IMG/VR virus record: IMGVR_UViG_3300005573_000105
Location: 1 to 59,303 of that record
DNA length: 59,303 bases
Source of the DNA: a virus
Taxonomy: Duplodnaviria; Caudoviricetes
Direction: 5' to 3' (one strand)
Shown piece after piece: positions 1 through 9,466 of this stretch. Both the position numbers and the translations under genes were made by a program. The notes under the pieces were generated by a model that worked only from the letters and a program-made list of their open reading frames with translations, made no database searches and had not been told where the DNA came from. Position 1 is the stretch's first letter, and each line of letters starts with the position of its first letter.

Positions 1-846
1 GGCTGCCTTGATGGCGTCGATCTTGCTGTTGATGACGGATGGACTCAACTGCATCACGACGACATCCTTCATCGCGCTGACCACTGTCTCTGCATCCAGA
101 CGGTAGGTTTCCTGCGAGTAGATAGCTGCATCATCCAGCCGCTTACCGAGGTGGATCTGCCTCATGGTTTCCTCAGTCACCATCAGATTGCTGCACCAAA
201 TCCGGAGCATGTGACTGCGGAGGCTCAACGCACCGTTGCCGAAGTCGCTGTTCTCTAGGCTGATGCCGTACGCGACAAGTTCTCCCGGGACTGGTTCGTA
301 CAGCTCGGGAAAGATGGCCTGGATGTTGATCTTGGTGTCCGTGACAACACCTTTGTAAGGGAATGCGCCGGCTTCAGCTACGCTGGTGGCGAACGCCTCG
401 ACGATGGGACGGGAGTCCAACCGGCGATACTTATCGGATAGAAATCCACGGATGTCGTCGTTGAAGGAGCGCACCAAGTAAACCTTCTCCTTCAGTTTGT
501 TTCCGAAGTGGTCGTTAAAGCTGCGCGCAAGCAGTTCTCTTCCCCAGTCTGTTTCTTGGAGACTGGAAACATAACCGCTAGGGATACCCGTTACAGTAGC
601 CATTTGCTGGAGAGCATTCTTGTGGATGCTCATAGGTTGCTGCTCATCCCGCTTCATGCTCCTGTCCAGAAGACTCAACTTGTTGTTGTCTACGGAGAAG
701 AGCATCTTCTCGACAGGTTGCAGCTTGTCTTTCGGCTGGTGGGACATGACATATTCGATTACCTTGGCAGTGGACTGACGTCCCTGCTCAATCAAGCCTT
801 CCAGCTTCTGGGAGGCTGCCTGTTTGTCTTCTGCTGTTTGCAGCAT
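1..846 (-). CDS. DUF932-like early phage protein, N-terminal part (continues at 59302..59051 across the circular junction)
   Basis: Not in the ORF track because it runs off the edge. ATG at 846 with upstream AAGGAGA; reads MLQTAEDKQAASQKL...HKNALQQMATVTGIP...RGFLSDKYRRLD...ENSDFGNGALSL...RIWCSNLM...IHLG, a pattern resembling the DUF932 family. Confidence 0.65.
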   Translation of the reverse strand, partial: MLQTAEDKQAASQKLEGLIEQGRQSTAKVIEYVMSHQPKDKLQPVEKMLFSVDNNKLSLLDRSMKRDEQQPMSIHKNALQQMATVTGIPSGYVSSLQETDWGRELLARSFNDHFGNKLKEKVYLVRSFNDDIRGFLSDKYRRLDSRPIVEAFATSVAEAGAFPYKGVVTDTKINIQAIFPELYEPVPGELVAYGISLENSDFGNGALSLRSHMLRIWCSNLMVTEETMRQIHLGKRLDDAAIYSQETYRLDAETVVSAMKDVVVMQLSPSVINSKIDAIKAA

Positions 847-903
847 GTTGTTTCTCCTTTGCCTTTGGTTGAACTTCATCATTCAGTCCCATGCTTCGCT
901 TTC

Positions 904-1125
904 TTATCGATAAAGATCGGCAACACCGCCGAAGTGCTTGTCAAAAACGGTAATGAGATGCTCGTAATCGCCTGACGTCATCTCATCCCGAATCGCCGCG
1001 GCGTCCAACCCCATCTCTTTTGCGAACCGCCCCGCATAGCCAAGCAGCACAAACGCGTTGCCTTCAGGTCCGGTGAGGTCGATCCGAACCTTCCCGTTCA
1101 TCTTTTCCTTCTTCAGAATTTCCAT
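904..1125 (-). CDS. Small conserved phage hypothetical protein
   Basis: AGGAGG then ATG at 1125; IDLTGPEGNAFVLLG...MTSGDYEHL is a recurrent small phage protein motif; directly downstream of a promoter cassette. Confidence 0.7.
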   Translation of the reverse strand: MEILKKEKMNGKVRIDLTGPEGNAFVLLGYAGRFAKEMGLDAAAIRDEMTSGDYEHLITVFDKHFGGVADLYR

Positions 1126-1135
1126 TGTGTTGCCT

Positions 1136-1225
1136 CCTGATGTATTCATTATATATAATCACCAATCAAAGTCAAGAGAAAACTTTGGCAGAATGCTAAA
1201 TTTCTGTGGAAAATTCTGTGGATAT
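1136..1225 (-). promoter_or_regulatory. Early sigma70-type promoter cassette copy A (90-bp repeat)
   Basis: TTGACT (1175-1170), 16 nt, TATAAT (1153-1148); 86/90 identical to 58939-59028; core shared with 26719-26762. Confidence 0.85.
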
Positions 1226-1279
1226 CTTTTTAGAGAGTATAGATATCAGGCAGATTCCGATACTTTTGTGCGGAGTCCA

Positions 1280-2659
1280 CTATACATCTCCTCCGGTCAA
1301 TCTGTCTACTTCCTGACTGACGTTTGCCTGCATAAGTACGCTGTCTAGGCAGAATTGCCCAATCTCATATGCTTGCGAGATGAGCGCCATCCAGCGATCG
1401 CGCTCATTTCTGGATTTGGCTACCAAAATCCTGGCCAACCCCAACTTTAGCTCCTCTGCTGTCTGGCTATACGTGTATACGTTATCGGCCGTGCCTATCT
1501 TGCTCCAGTCCTCTGCCACGTTGCGCCTGTCCACTGTCTTGGCCGTGTCTGACTCCCTGTTGCCCTGCGTTGCTGTCACCAAAGCGGCGTTACGGGATAC
1601 GGACAACCCTCTGAGCTCGCGATACAGGCGGCCTGTGTCTACCCGGAGTTGATTGGAGTCTATCTTCATCAGGTCGGCGTAGTCCAGGATGATGAGATCA
1701 GGAATGAACCCATACTCTCGCGCCAGGCTGTCCAAGTAGACGTCCAACGTCTCGACGGATAGTTGTGCAGTTGCAAACTCCTTAATCAGTAGTGGAGGGA
1801 AGCTGTGCATCCGCTTCAGTCTGGCTTCGATCTCTCGTCTCTTGCTTAGGACAGAACCTCGGAGGATAGTATGGAAATCAATAGAGGTGCTGCCCTCAGA
1901 ACTATTGAAGATGGGAACCTTGATTTCCTTTGTATCCTTCTTGGTTAGTGAGAAAATGCTTTGGATATACCGCCGGGAAGTCATCTCCTCACTATTCTCG
2001 AGGGTGACGTGTAGTGTCTTCCAGTGATGCTGTATTCCTCGCTTGCCCACGTCCACCAGCCACCATGACTTCCCTTTACCGGTGGAGGCCATCATGAAAG
2101 ACAATGTTTTCCGAGTGGGGGTAACCCCTGCTCTGTCCAGAACCTCAATCCCGGTAGAGAAGAAATCATCGTCTTCCTGATCCATAAAAGCAAGCGACTG
2201 CTTGGGATCCTTCAGCCATATACCTTTGGACGCTGGACTGATAATGGTCTGGGATTGATTGACAAAGGTGCGCGCCTCATCCAAGTCTCCTCGCATCAGA
2301 GACTCCAGCGCCCGCTCCAGATTGACGGTCATGCGTTGCGATGCCAAGAACCGATCAAGCTGATCCAAGACGAAAGCAGGTTGAATGCTCTCTACCTGCT
2401 GCTTCATCATGTCGTAGGTCTTAGCTAAGAGTTTGCCTTCTTCCCCCCGACGGAACTGTGCCTCCAGGAGGTACTCTAGCTGTCCTCCGGGAGGTTGGTG
2501 GTAGCGCTGAATGTAGTCCAAAGCGGCAACAGCGATGGTCTGGTGAGTACGACTGGTAAAAACTTGCGGAGTGAGGCGCAAAGCTAATGCAGGCGCATGC
2601 TCGTGATTAAAGCACAGGAGGCAAAGTACTGCTTCTTCAAGTGCACCGACTGAGATCAT
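1280..2659 (-). CDS. dnaB: Replicative DNA helicase, DnaB/T4 gp41-like
   Basis: Walker A ASTGKGKS, HVTLE, IILDYADLM, TATQGNR, AEDWSK, KSRN motifs. Confidence 0.9.
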   Translation of the reverse strand: MISVGALEEAVLCLLCFNHEHAPALALRLTPQVFTSRTHQTIAVAALDYIQRYHQPPGGQLEYLLEAQFRRGEEGKLLAKTYDMMKQQVESIQPAFVLDQLDRFLASQRMTVNLERALESLMRGDLDEARTFVNQSQTIISPASKGIWLKDPKQSLAFMDQEDDDFFSTGIEVLDRAGVTPTRKTLSFMMASTGKGKSWWLVDVGKRGIQHHWKTLHVTLENSEEMTSRRYIQSIFSLTKKDTKEIKVPIFNSSEGSTSIDFHTILRGSVLSKRREIEARLKRMHSFPPLLIKEFATAQLSVETLDVYLDSLAREYGFIPDLIILDYADLMKIDSNQLRVDTGRLYRELRGLSVSRNAALVTATQGNRESDTAKTVDRRNVAEDWSKIGTADNVYTYSQTAEELKLGLARILVAKSRNERDRWMALISQAYEIGQFCLDSVLMQANVSQEVDRLTGGDV

Positions 2660-2665
2660 AGTTTT

Positions 2666-3388
2666 TTAAGGAAGACCAACAATCTTGTGGAGCTGAATGG
2701 AAAGTTTGTAGCCAAAACGCATGGCTGAATTGGCCGCTTCCTTGGCGTTGGCATCATTCTGCAACACATCGTTCTCATCGCAAGGCTGGACATAGATGCG
2801 GCTAGGCGAAACATCCACAGCTGAGGGGCGGTAGAGAAGTTGGTTGATAATTGGCGCCCCGATCTGCGTAGCTTTGCTAGGCAAACCGTCGTTGGGGTCA
2901 ACTTCTCCTGCCCGGATGATGTACTTCCATGCCCGCGCGTGCTCCACCACCAGTGGGTGAATTCTGGGTGTCTTGGGTGAGCAAACAATTTTGATTTCCT
3001 TCCAGTAGGCTTGCAAGCCATCCGACCATACCGTCCCCGCTGTTTCAATATCGATGGTATTGCGCTGGCCGTAATGGGAGGTGAGTTCTTTCACAAACGG
3101 GGCGAGGGGCTGAAGCATGGGTTCCCCGCCAGTCAGCACAATTCGATGCTGCTGGTGAGTAGGCAGCAAAGAAGCCACTCTCCTGGCCAAGTCTGCAGGG
3201 GAGTACACCTCACCTTCCGCAAAGTCTGTATCGCAGAAGTAACACCTTAGGTTGCAACCAGCAAACCTTACGAAGAGCGCCGGCGTACCCGCTTCCGGGC
3301 CTTCGCCTTGAATAGTGTGGAATATGGAGTGCACCTTGAGACCATCAACGGCTGCACGTTTCCGTGCGACAGGGTTTGTTCCGTGCAT
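2666..3388 (-). CDS. queE: 7-carboxy-7-deazaguanine synthase (radical SAM)
   Basis: IFHTIQGEG, FVRFAGCNLRCYFCDT, LTGGEP, IETAG, CSPK, SIQLHK; start at MHGTNP (3388) with GAAGGAG RBS. Confidence 0.93.
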   Translation of the reverse strand: MHGTNPVARKRAAVDGLKVHSIFHTIQGEGPEAGTPALFVRFAGCNLRCYFCDTDFAEGEVYSPADLARRVASLLPTHQQHRIVLTGGEPMLQPLAPFVKELTSHYGQRNTIDIETAGTVWSDGLQAYWKEIKIVCSPKTPRIHPLVVEHARAWKYIIRAGEVDPNDGLPSKATQIGAPIINQLLYRPSAVDVSPSRIYVQPCDENDVLQNDANAKEAANSAMRFGYKLSIQLHKIVGLP

Positions 3389-3840
3389 TGTTTCTCCTTC
3401 TGCGGTAGGGTTGCGGTTGCTGAGCACTTACGGGTCTCCCACACCGTGACTTGGATCAGCTTGACGCCCTTGCAGCGGAGCAAGCCATTCCCGAGGTGGA
3501 GTAGGTAGTTGGCCATGTTTTCGGCGGTTGGGTTGAAGGGGACTTCTACAATTCCAGCCGCATCGTAGATAGCGTTGATTGTATTTTGAAGATGCACCGC
3601 CACCTCTGAATCATCTTGCTCCCACAGCAGAAACTTGTGATCCCAGTTATCTTCCAGCCACTGACAGAGGATCGCCTTCACCGCGGAAAAATCAATGACC
3701 CTTCCCAAAGGATCCAACTTCGCGGCCGTGCAGGTGAAGTAAACACGGTAATTATGGCCGTGCAGATGGGCGCACTTGCTTTCATGCCCATGTACTCGGT
3801 GGCCAGCAGAAAAATCGTGGTAGCGGGTAATTGTGATCAT
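3268..3840 (-). CDS. queD: 6-carboxy-5,6,7,8-tetrahydropterin synthase
   Basis: FSAGHR...CAHLHGHNY, VIDFS, WDHKFL, NPTAEN, WET motifs; its C-terminal tail overlaps queE by ~120 nt. Confidence 0.93.
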   Translation of the reverse strand: MITITRYHDFSAGHRVHGHESKCAHLHGHNYRVYFTCTAAKLDPLGRVIDFSAVKAILCQWLEDNWDHKFLLWEQDDSEVAVHLQNTINAIYDAAGIVEVPFNPTAENMANYLLHLGNGLLRCKGVKLIQVTVWETRKCSATATLPQKEKQCTEQTLSHGNVQPLMVSRCTPYSTLFKAKARKRVRRRSS

Positions 3841-4085
3841 TTATCAAAACCTTTCATTAGGTAAGCATCACCATCGCGGACAATCAACTCCGCATTGATG
3901 CACTCGATCCACGCTCTTGGTTGTGTAATGCTCCCCCTACGAACTTTATGATCGTATCGAGTAACACCTTGGATATCATGGAAGTGCACTTCTTTTACCT
4001 TGATCTCAGTAGCAGGAGTGCCTTGATCGATGCTCCAGACATAAGGAAATGCTTCCTTCGCATTGAAATATACTCGATAATTCAC
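3837..4085 (-). CDS. Hypothetical protein
   Basis: GTG start coupled to upstream stop (GTGA); operon-packed. Confidence 0.6.
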   Translation of the reverse strand: MNYRVYFNAKEAFPYVWSIDQGTPATEIKVKEVHFHDIQGVTRYDHKVRRGSITQPRAWIECINAELIVRDGDAYLMKGFDK

Positions 4086-4282
4086 TTCTGCCTCTTGCCT
4101 GCCACTTCTTGCCAAAAGCAGTCGTCGAAAGCTAGCCGGCACTCCTCAGAGCAAACCATCTTCTTGACCTTCCCATTCTTACGACTAATCAACACCCGCG
4201 TGCCTGCGATGATTCTCAGACCGCATTCACTGCAACGGCGGCTGTAAGCTAAAGCCTCCCAAACAAAATCGCTTCCTATCAC
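4082..4282 (-). CDS. Small Cys-rich (CxxC...CxxxC) putative zinc-binding protein
   Basis: CSEC and CSEEC motifs; 4-nt overlaps with both neighbours. Confidence 0.6.
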   Translation of the reverse strand: MIGSDFVWEALAYSRRCSECGLRIIAGTRVLISRKNGKVKKMVCSEECRLAFDDCFWQEVAGKRQK

Positions 4283-6381
4283 GACACTGCCTCCGAAACC
4301 ATCACGATCTTACTGCCATCCTCAGACTTTCGGACACACCAAATTTCACGAAAACCGGAATACGTGAGAGCACGATGATCAACCAGCCAGATTTGTTTAT
4401 GATGTGAATTCGCCCGGTAACGAAGCGCCTCCAGGAGGTCTTCAATACCCAGTTCCGAAAGCCACGCGGAAGGCTCATCCCAAACTTCAAGGTCAAACCA
4501 GACTCCCGCCGCGCGCTGAATGAGAGCCGCAAGCCCCATCCCCATCGCCAGACGTAGACGCTGAGATTCTCCACCTGACCACGTTTCCCACTCACCTTCA
4601 TCACCTTGCGCTGATTGTATACGAATCTGGATGCCAAGCTTGACAGTGCCAGACTTGGTTTCACTCTCTGTTGCCAATTTTACGACCCAACCGCTAAGCC
4701 CAAGGGAGTTGACTGCGGAAGCTATCTCAATCTGCAAAGCTTCCAGGATCTGGTTCACAAAGTATAAACGAATCCGCTTAAATCCAGTCTTCCAAAAATC
4801 CACAGCGGCGAGCTCACCTCGTGCAATCTGAATGTTTTTCTCCAAGACGCTTTTCGAAAGATCAAGAGCTGCTCTCTGCTCTTGCGCTTTAACTTGCTCA
4901 GCCAAGTGGGGATTTTTCTCCTGCTGAGCTGCCTGGAGCTGAGCAATGAACGGACAGGTACGGGCCTTCGCTCTCTCAAGGGATGCTGTGTGGGGGTTTT
5001 CAGCATGCTGCACCTGCGCCAACTGCGTCTTGTACGGATGGTTGCCTTCCTCAAGATCCCGCACGATCTTGGCCGCTTCCCTCTCTCGGCTCGTAATGCT
5101 TTCCTCAAGCATTCGAACCTCTGCCTCCAGATTTCGGAGAGTAGAATTGTAGGTTGTCTTGGCCACCATCAACTGCGCTTGCTGATCTCGAAGCTGCGCA
5201 AGCAGTTCAGCGCTAGCGACAGAAACCTGGTTAAGCGTGCTGGAATCTTTCTCCAAATTATCAATCTGTGTGACCAGCTTAGCAAGCCGCCCTGGCCGGT
5301 CATCCATCGGAATGACTTGTTTGCAGGTGGGACAGACGCCCCCTGACTTCAACTGCTCGCGCTGTTTGATAAGGTTGGCAAGCTCTGCCTGATTACGTGC
5401 ATAATTATCTCTCGCGTGCTGGTACTTAGCACCTACCGCCTGGATCTGCTTCTCGACTGCGTTTAACGCGTCTTCGTTCTGCGGGGTAGGGAAGAGCTTT
5501 CTGACCTCTAATACCTGCGCTTCTCTTGCTTCAATGTCTGCCCCTAAAAGCTCTAGTTTCTCACCGGCATCTGACTCCCATTGGGTAATGGATTTCTTGA
5601 TTTCCTCTTCCTGGATCCGAGTAGCCTCTTCCCACTGCTCGGCTTGCGCCTCGATATCGGCTATTTCTTTGTGGAGAGCTTCCCACCAATCGCGCATCGC
5701 AACCTGGAGGTCAATGATTCTCGTTTCTTGGTTCGTGTCCCATAGAGCGATTTTCTCGCGGAAGTAAGCATCCGGAGGAATAGCAGAAAGCTGCCCAGAA
5801 ACGTAACGAAGCTCACCAGAAAGGCTAGATAGAGTGTCTGAAAGATGTCTAGTCCGCAGGGATGCAGCATCTGAACACCTCGTCCATACATCCAAGTTTA
5901 AGACTTCGTCGAATAGTTCTCCTCTCTCACTCACAGAAAGATCGGGGAAGAGTGATCGACCTTGGCCAAAGATTACTGCATGGAGGAAGCGCTCGCGGGA
6001 CAATCCAATAAGCTCATCTACTTGCGCTTGAGTACAGTGGTCTGAGTTTAGGGTTGAAATTTCTATTCGTTCGGGAGGACCTGTACGAGTAATGCAGTGA
6101 ATTGCACCATTGATCTCGATTTGCACAGAGACAGCAACTTCTTTCTGCCCCCAAGCGATGACGTTGGATGTGCGAGCTCCTCGTATCGACTTCCCGTAGA
6201 GACACCAAACCACCGCCTCCCACACGGACGTCTTGCCGGCACCGTTAGCTCCCAGTCGCGGTTCCAGAAGATTCTCTCCTCCCAAGAACTTTAACCCTAC
6301 GGTGGGTGAAACGATAAATTCATCCAAGACAAACGACCGAAAGTTCTGTAAGCAGACGTCAACAATTCTTAGTTTGCGCAT
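4279..6381 (-). CDS. sbcC: SbcC/Rad50/T4 gp46-like SMC ATPase
   Basis: LQNFRSF, GANGAGKTS Walker A, coiled coils with CPTC zinc hook, WSGGE signature, VWDEP Walker B, VDH. Confidence 0.93.
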   Translation of the reverse strand: MRKLRIVDVCLQNFRSFVLDEFIVSPTVGLKFLGGENLLEPRLGANGAGKTSVWEAVVWCLYGKSIRGARTSNVIAWGQKEVAVSVQIEINGAIHCITRTGPPERIEISTLNSDHCTQAQVDELIGLSRERFLHAVIFGQGRSLFPDLSVSERGELFDEVLNLDVWTRCSDAASLRTRHLSDTLSSLSGELRYVSGQLSAIPPDAYFREKIALWDTNQETRIIDLQVAMRDWWEALHKEIADIEAQAEQWEEATRIQEEEIKKSITQWESDAGEKLELLGADIEAREAQVLEVRKLFPTPQNEDALNAVEKQIQAVGAKYQHARDNYARNQAELANLIKQREQLKSGGVCPTCKQVIPMDDRPGRLAKLVTQIDNLEKDSSTLNQVSVASAELLAQLRDQQAQLMVAKTTYNSTLRNLEAEVRMLEESITSREREAAKIVRDLEEGNHPYKTQLAQVQHAENPHTASLERAKARTCPFIAQLQAAQQEKNPHLAEQVKAQEQRAALDLSKSVLEKNIQIARGELAAVDFWKTGFKRIRLYFVNQILEALQIEIASAVNSLGLSGWVVKLATESETKSGTVKLGIQIRIQSAQGDEGEWETWSGGESQRLRLAMGMGLAALIQRAAGVWFDLEVWDEPSAWLSELGIEDLLEALRYRANSHHKQIWLVDHRALTYSGFREIWCVRKSEDGSKIVMVSEAVS

Positions 6382-7400
6382 GCTTGCGCCTCTTTCAGCA
6401 GGGCCAACCCACACTGCATGACATCGTCACCCAAGCCCTCATCCGCTGAGAATGAGCGAATCGTGGCCTCAGGACTCAACAAGCCAAAATCACCATCAAT
6501 CTGCTGGCTGGTGGAGTCGGAGTCTTCCATATCCTGCATCAGGATAGCTTCGATGGAGACGATTACAATGCTCTTTCGTGAGGCCCAGTCTAGAATGGCG
6601 GCCTCCCGTGTCGCCCATTGCATCATTTCTGCGTTGTTGAGTTTGTACCGGACTCGAACTTGATCCCCTGCTCGGAGCTGGTAAGTGTCCAATTGTTGAA
6701 CTTGCTCGATTTCCACCACAAGCCGTCGTATAGTCCGGACAGCGATAAACTGCGGGTGCCGGAAGTCGCCTTGCTTGATAAGCACGACCCTATTGGGCCA
6801 AGACTCACCAAAGCGAGTAGGGTGGGGAACTCCCACATAGATGACTCCTCCGACCACTTGTGGACGATGGACGTCTCCTGAGTAAACCGGAATCCCCCGG
6901 GGAAGAAGAGGCATAGGATGCGGTTCAGTATCGATAACTCGATCACCTTCAATCTGAGAACCAACCACCGTTTGATGCATGAAAATCGCGTGCGAATCAT
7001 AGAGTTTCAGTTCCTTCCATTCATCTTTCGGATTGGACGAGAAGGGCAGCAGCCAGATGCCATTCAGCAGGATAGGCTCCGTTACGTAGTGGATTCCCAG
7101 CTCATTCATGAACGACCAGTACGGAGTACCTATCAATGGGCAATCGTGATTGCCCATCAGGATGTAAATCTCTGCACCTGTTTCGTCATGTAAGGTCTGG
7201 AAAGCTTGCACTGTCCGGTTAAGTAGCTTGGCGCTGTGCCTATCTTTTCTATCCCACAAATCGCCTAGACAGTAGATGCGCTTGACGTTGTGTTGCTCAG
7301 CCAGTTCTTGGAGGAGATTGAATACCTCCCAACGGTATTCCTCAATTGGGTTGTCTGTCAAATGCCAATCCGTCGAAAGCAACGAGTTCATCCCCATCAT
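6369..7400 (-). CDS. sbcD: SbcD/Mre11/T4 gp47-like metallophosphoesterase nuclease
   Basis: TDWH, LGDLWD, MGNHD, FMHQ, SGDVH motifs; adjacent to sbcC. Confidence 0.92.
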   Translation of the reverse strand: MMGMNSLLSTDWHLTDNPIEEYRWEVFNLLQELAEQHNVKRIYCLGDLWDRKDRHSAKLLNRTVQAFQTLHDETGAEIYILMGNHDCPLIGTPYWSFMNELGIHYVTEPILLNGIWLLPFSSNPKDEWKELKLYDSHAIFMHQTVVGSQIEGDRVIDTEPHPMPLLPRGIPVYSGDVHRPQVVGGVIYVGVPHPTRFGESWPNRVVLIKQGDFRHPQFIAVRTIRRLVVEIEQVQQLDTYQLRAGDQVRVRYKLNNAEMMQWATREAAILDWASRKSIVIVSIEAILMQDMEDSDSTSQQIDGDFGLLSPEATIRSFSADEGLGDDVMQCGLALLKEAQACAN

Positions 7401-7936
7401 TGCTCCTTTTCGAGTTTAACTCGAGGCGGGCTTACTCTCTCAAGGAAGAAGGCAGGATCCAGGGACAGTAACGTAGCCAGTTGTATCATATATACCGTTC
7501 CTGCAAAAAACTGGTGCTGGGGTTGACAAACTGGGATAGCTGCGGGGGAGTAGAGAACTATGTCAGCTTTACGATTCTGCCGCACGATAAGTAGCCAATG
7601 TTTCTTGTCTATCTTAGCGCCAGCTCGAAGCTTAGCGATAAAAGTCTGAAGAGGAGCACTAGGAGTCCCCAGCAAATAGCCGAGAATATCAATATCACGA
7701 TAATGCTTACACTCAATGGTATAACGTCGCGTGAACCAGTATACCATAGGATGAGCGCTAATAACATCACCAGAATTGCCTCGAGCTTTACCACGAGCAG
7801 CAGATGCGGTAAACTGGCCGCCAGAAAGAACATTGCGAGAGAATAGATCATCGCGCCGCCCTCCTGACAGCCACTTGCTCAATTTGCGGCCGATTAGCCG
7901 CTCGTACTCACTACCCTTTTCGTTGGGTTTGACCAT
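7397..7936 (-). CDS. Holliday junction resolvase-like PD-(D/E)xK nuclease
   Basis: KGSEYER, GDV, IECKHY motifs. Confidence 0.8.
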   Translation of the reverse strand: MVKPNEKGSEYERLIGRKLSKWLSGGRRDDLFSRNVLSGGQFTASAARGKARGNSGDVISAHPMVYWFTRRYTIECKHYRDIDILGYLLGTPSAPLQTFIAKLRAGAKIDKKHWLLIVRQNRKADIVLYSPAAIPVCQPQHQFFAGTVYMIQLATLLSLDPAFFLERVSPPRVKLEKEQ

Positions 7937-9007
7937 TTAACTATACTTCTGCATAGGAGGAGCCAAGTTGTGCTCTACCTCTGCCCATACCTCGCGAGTA
8001 GTTTGCTTAAGCTGCTCTGCGATTTCAGCTAGAGTTTTTCTGTCTTGCCTATTACGCGCAGTAGCGACCTCCTCAGCAATACTCTTCATAACCTCTGTTG
8101 TAATAGCATTAGCCGATTTAAGAAACTGGAGCATCGAGTTTTCATCATCTACCCCATAGCCAAACAAAATATCAAAGCGCGCCTTCCGAAAAGGATTGCC
8201 CACCTTACACTTCTTGCACTTAGCTTCTACGGTTACACCGATAGTGCGCTCCTGCCCCTTCGAGGTTCTTTTGAGCTGCGCAACCTGTGCCAGCCAAACA
8301 ATCTGGCTAGCATAAAAATCTAATGCCTTTCCTCCCGATCGAGTAAACTTCTCACCGAACATCACACCGATGTTTTCTCTCACCTGCGAGATGACGATGT
8401 GGCAGCAATTAGCCCGAGCAATTTCCCGAACAGACTGGCGAAACATCTGGCTGAGCTTCTTGGCTTTGGCTGCCCCATAACTACCTTTGTCTTCTCCCTC
8501 TTCCGTCTTCTTGCCGAGCAGCTTCATCTCAGCTTCATCAGACAGAGCATCCAAGCTGTCTAGGATGTAGAGGCTGGGCCCCTCGTCCTGCTTGATGAAG
8601 TCCAGGATATCGTCCCGGTATTCTTCGACCAACGTCAGAGGATCACCTCCGTCATCAGTGGGCTTACTGACGTTGGTGGGGAAACCCATGCTGATCGCAT
8701 AGGAGTCATCAAACGCAGCCTCCGCCTCTCCATAACGCATGCGCCCTTTCGGGTACTTACGAGTGAAGTTGGCGAAGGATTCAATCGCCAGGAGGGTTTT
8801 CCCGGTGCTGCGATCCCCCACCAAATTCGCGATACGACCGACAGCCCAACCCCCACCAATGGCAAGATCGAGGAGGGTTGAGCCTGTCGGGATAAACGCC
8901 ACTTCACTATGAGGGAGACTCTCAGTAGGTGGTGGCGCCGGAGAAGGCTGCGGTCTCACCTGCGCAGCCTTCTCAACCTTTTCTACTACTCTTGCTCTCT
9001 CTGCCAT
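7937..9007 (-). CDS. recA: RecA/UvsX recombinase
   Basis: IPTGSTLLDLAIGGG, GDRSTGKT, ILDSLDAL, ISQVRE, SGGKALDFYAS. Confidence 0.95.
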   Translation of the reverse strand: MAERARVVEKVEKAAQVRPQPSPAPPPTESLPHSEVAFIPTGSTLLDLAIGGGWAVGRIANLVGDRSTGKTLLAIESFANFTRKYPKGRMRYGEAEAAFDDSYAISMGFPTNVSKPTDDGGDPLTLVEEYRDDILDFIKQDEGPSLYILDSLDALSDEAEMKLLGKKTEEGEDKGSYGAAKAKKLSQMFRQSVREIARANCCHIVISQVRENIGVMFGEKFTRSGGKALDFYASQIVWLAQVAQLKRTSKGQERTIGVTVEAKCKKCKVGNPFRKARFDILFGYGVDDENSMLQFLKSANAITTEVMKSIAEEVATARNRQDRKTLAEIAEQLKQTTREVWAEVEHNLAPPMQKYS

Positions 9008-9465
9008 TACCGACCCTCATACGTGAGATCGCGGATTGGGAGCGGAGTAGGAAGTTTCAAGTCGCGTGGCCACGGTTCCCACACAACGTCGATGGGTATT
9101 CCGCCGCGTGGATACCAGAAAGCTGTTACCCGAATCCATTTGGGGTGCAACGTCGCTTGCAGGCGAGAGCCAATACGCGCTGTGCAAGCTTCATGAAACT
9201 CCCCGTGATTCCGGAAGCTTCCCATAAACAACTTAAGAGACTTGGACTCTACCAGAAATTTTTCTGGTATGAAATCCACAAAAATCCGTGCGAAGTCCGG
9301 CTGTCCAGTCACTGGGCACAGACTAGTAAATTCCGGGATAGAAAACCGCACCACAGATTGGCGAATAGCAACGGCTTCGCCAATCGGAATGGCCTCCAAG
9401 ACGGCTTCATCGGGACTACGGGGGAGGGCCGTCGGCTTCCCCAGTTGCGTCAGTCCTTCATGCAT
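9007..9465 (-). CDS. queF: NADPH-dependent preQ0 reductase, type I
   Basis: [15 protein letters not shown], QueF motif [22 protein letters not shown]; true start MHEGLTQ at 9465 just after the SSB stop. Confidence 0.93.
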   Translation of the reverse strand: MHEGLTQLGKPTALPRSPDEAVLEAIPIGEAVAIRQSVVRFSIPEFTSLCPVTGQPDFARIFVDFIPEKFLVESKSLKLFMGSFRNHGEFHEACTARIGSRLQATLHPKWIRVTAFWYPRGGIPIDVVWEPWPRDLKLPTPLPIRDLTYEGR

Positions 9466-9466
9466 G

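Noticed and set aside
1126-1149. Shared MNTSGG N-termini of ORFs at 1149 and 26745
   Set aside because: That ATG lies within the repeated promoter core; real starts follow AGGAGG at 1125 and 26769
3268-3388. QueD C-terminal extension as a functional domain
   Set aside because: Most simply readthrough into the queE start region in another frame; no recognisable motif
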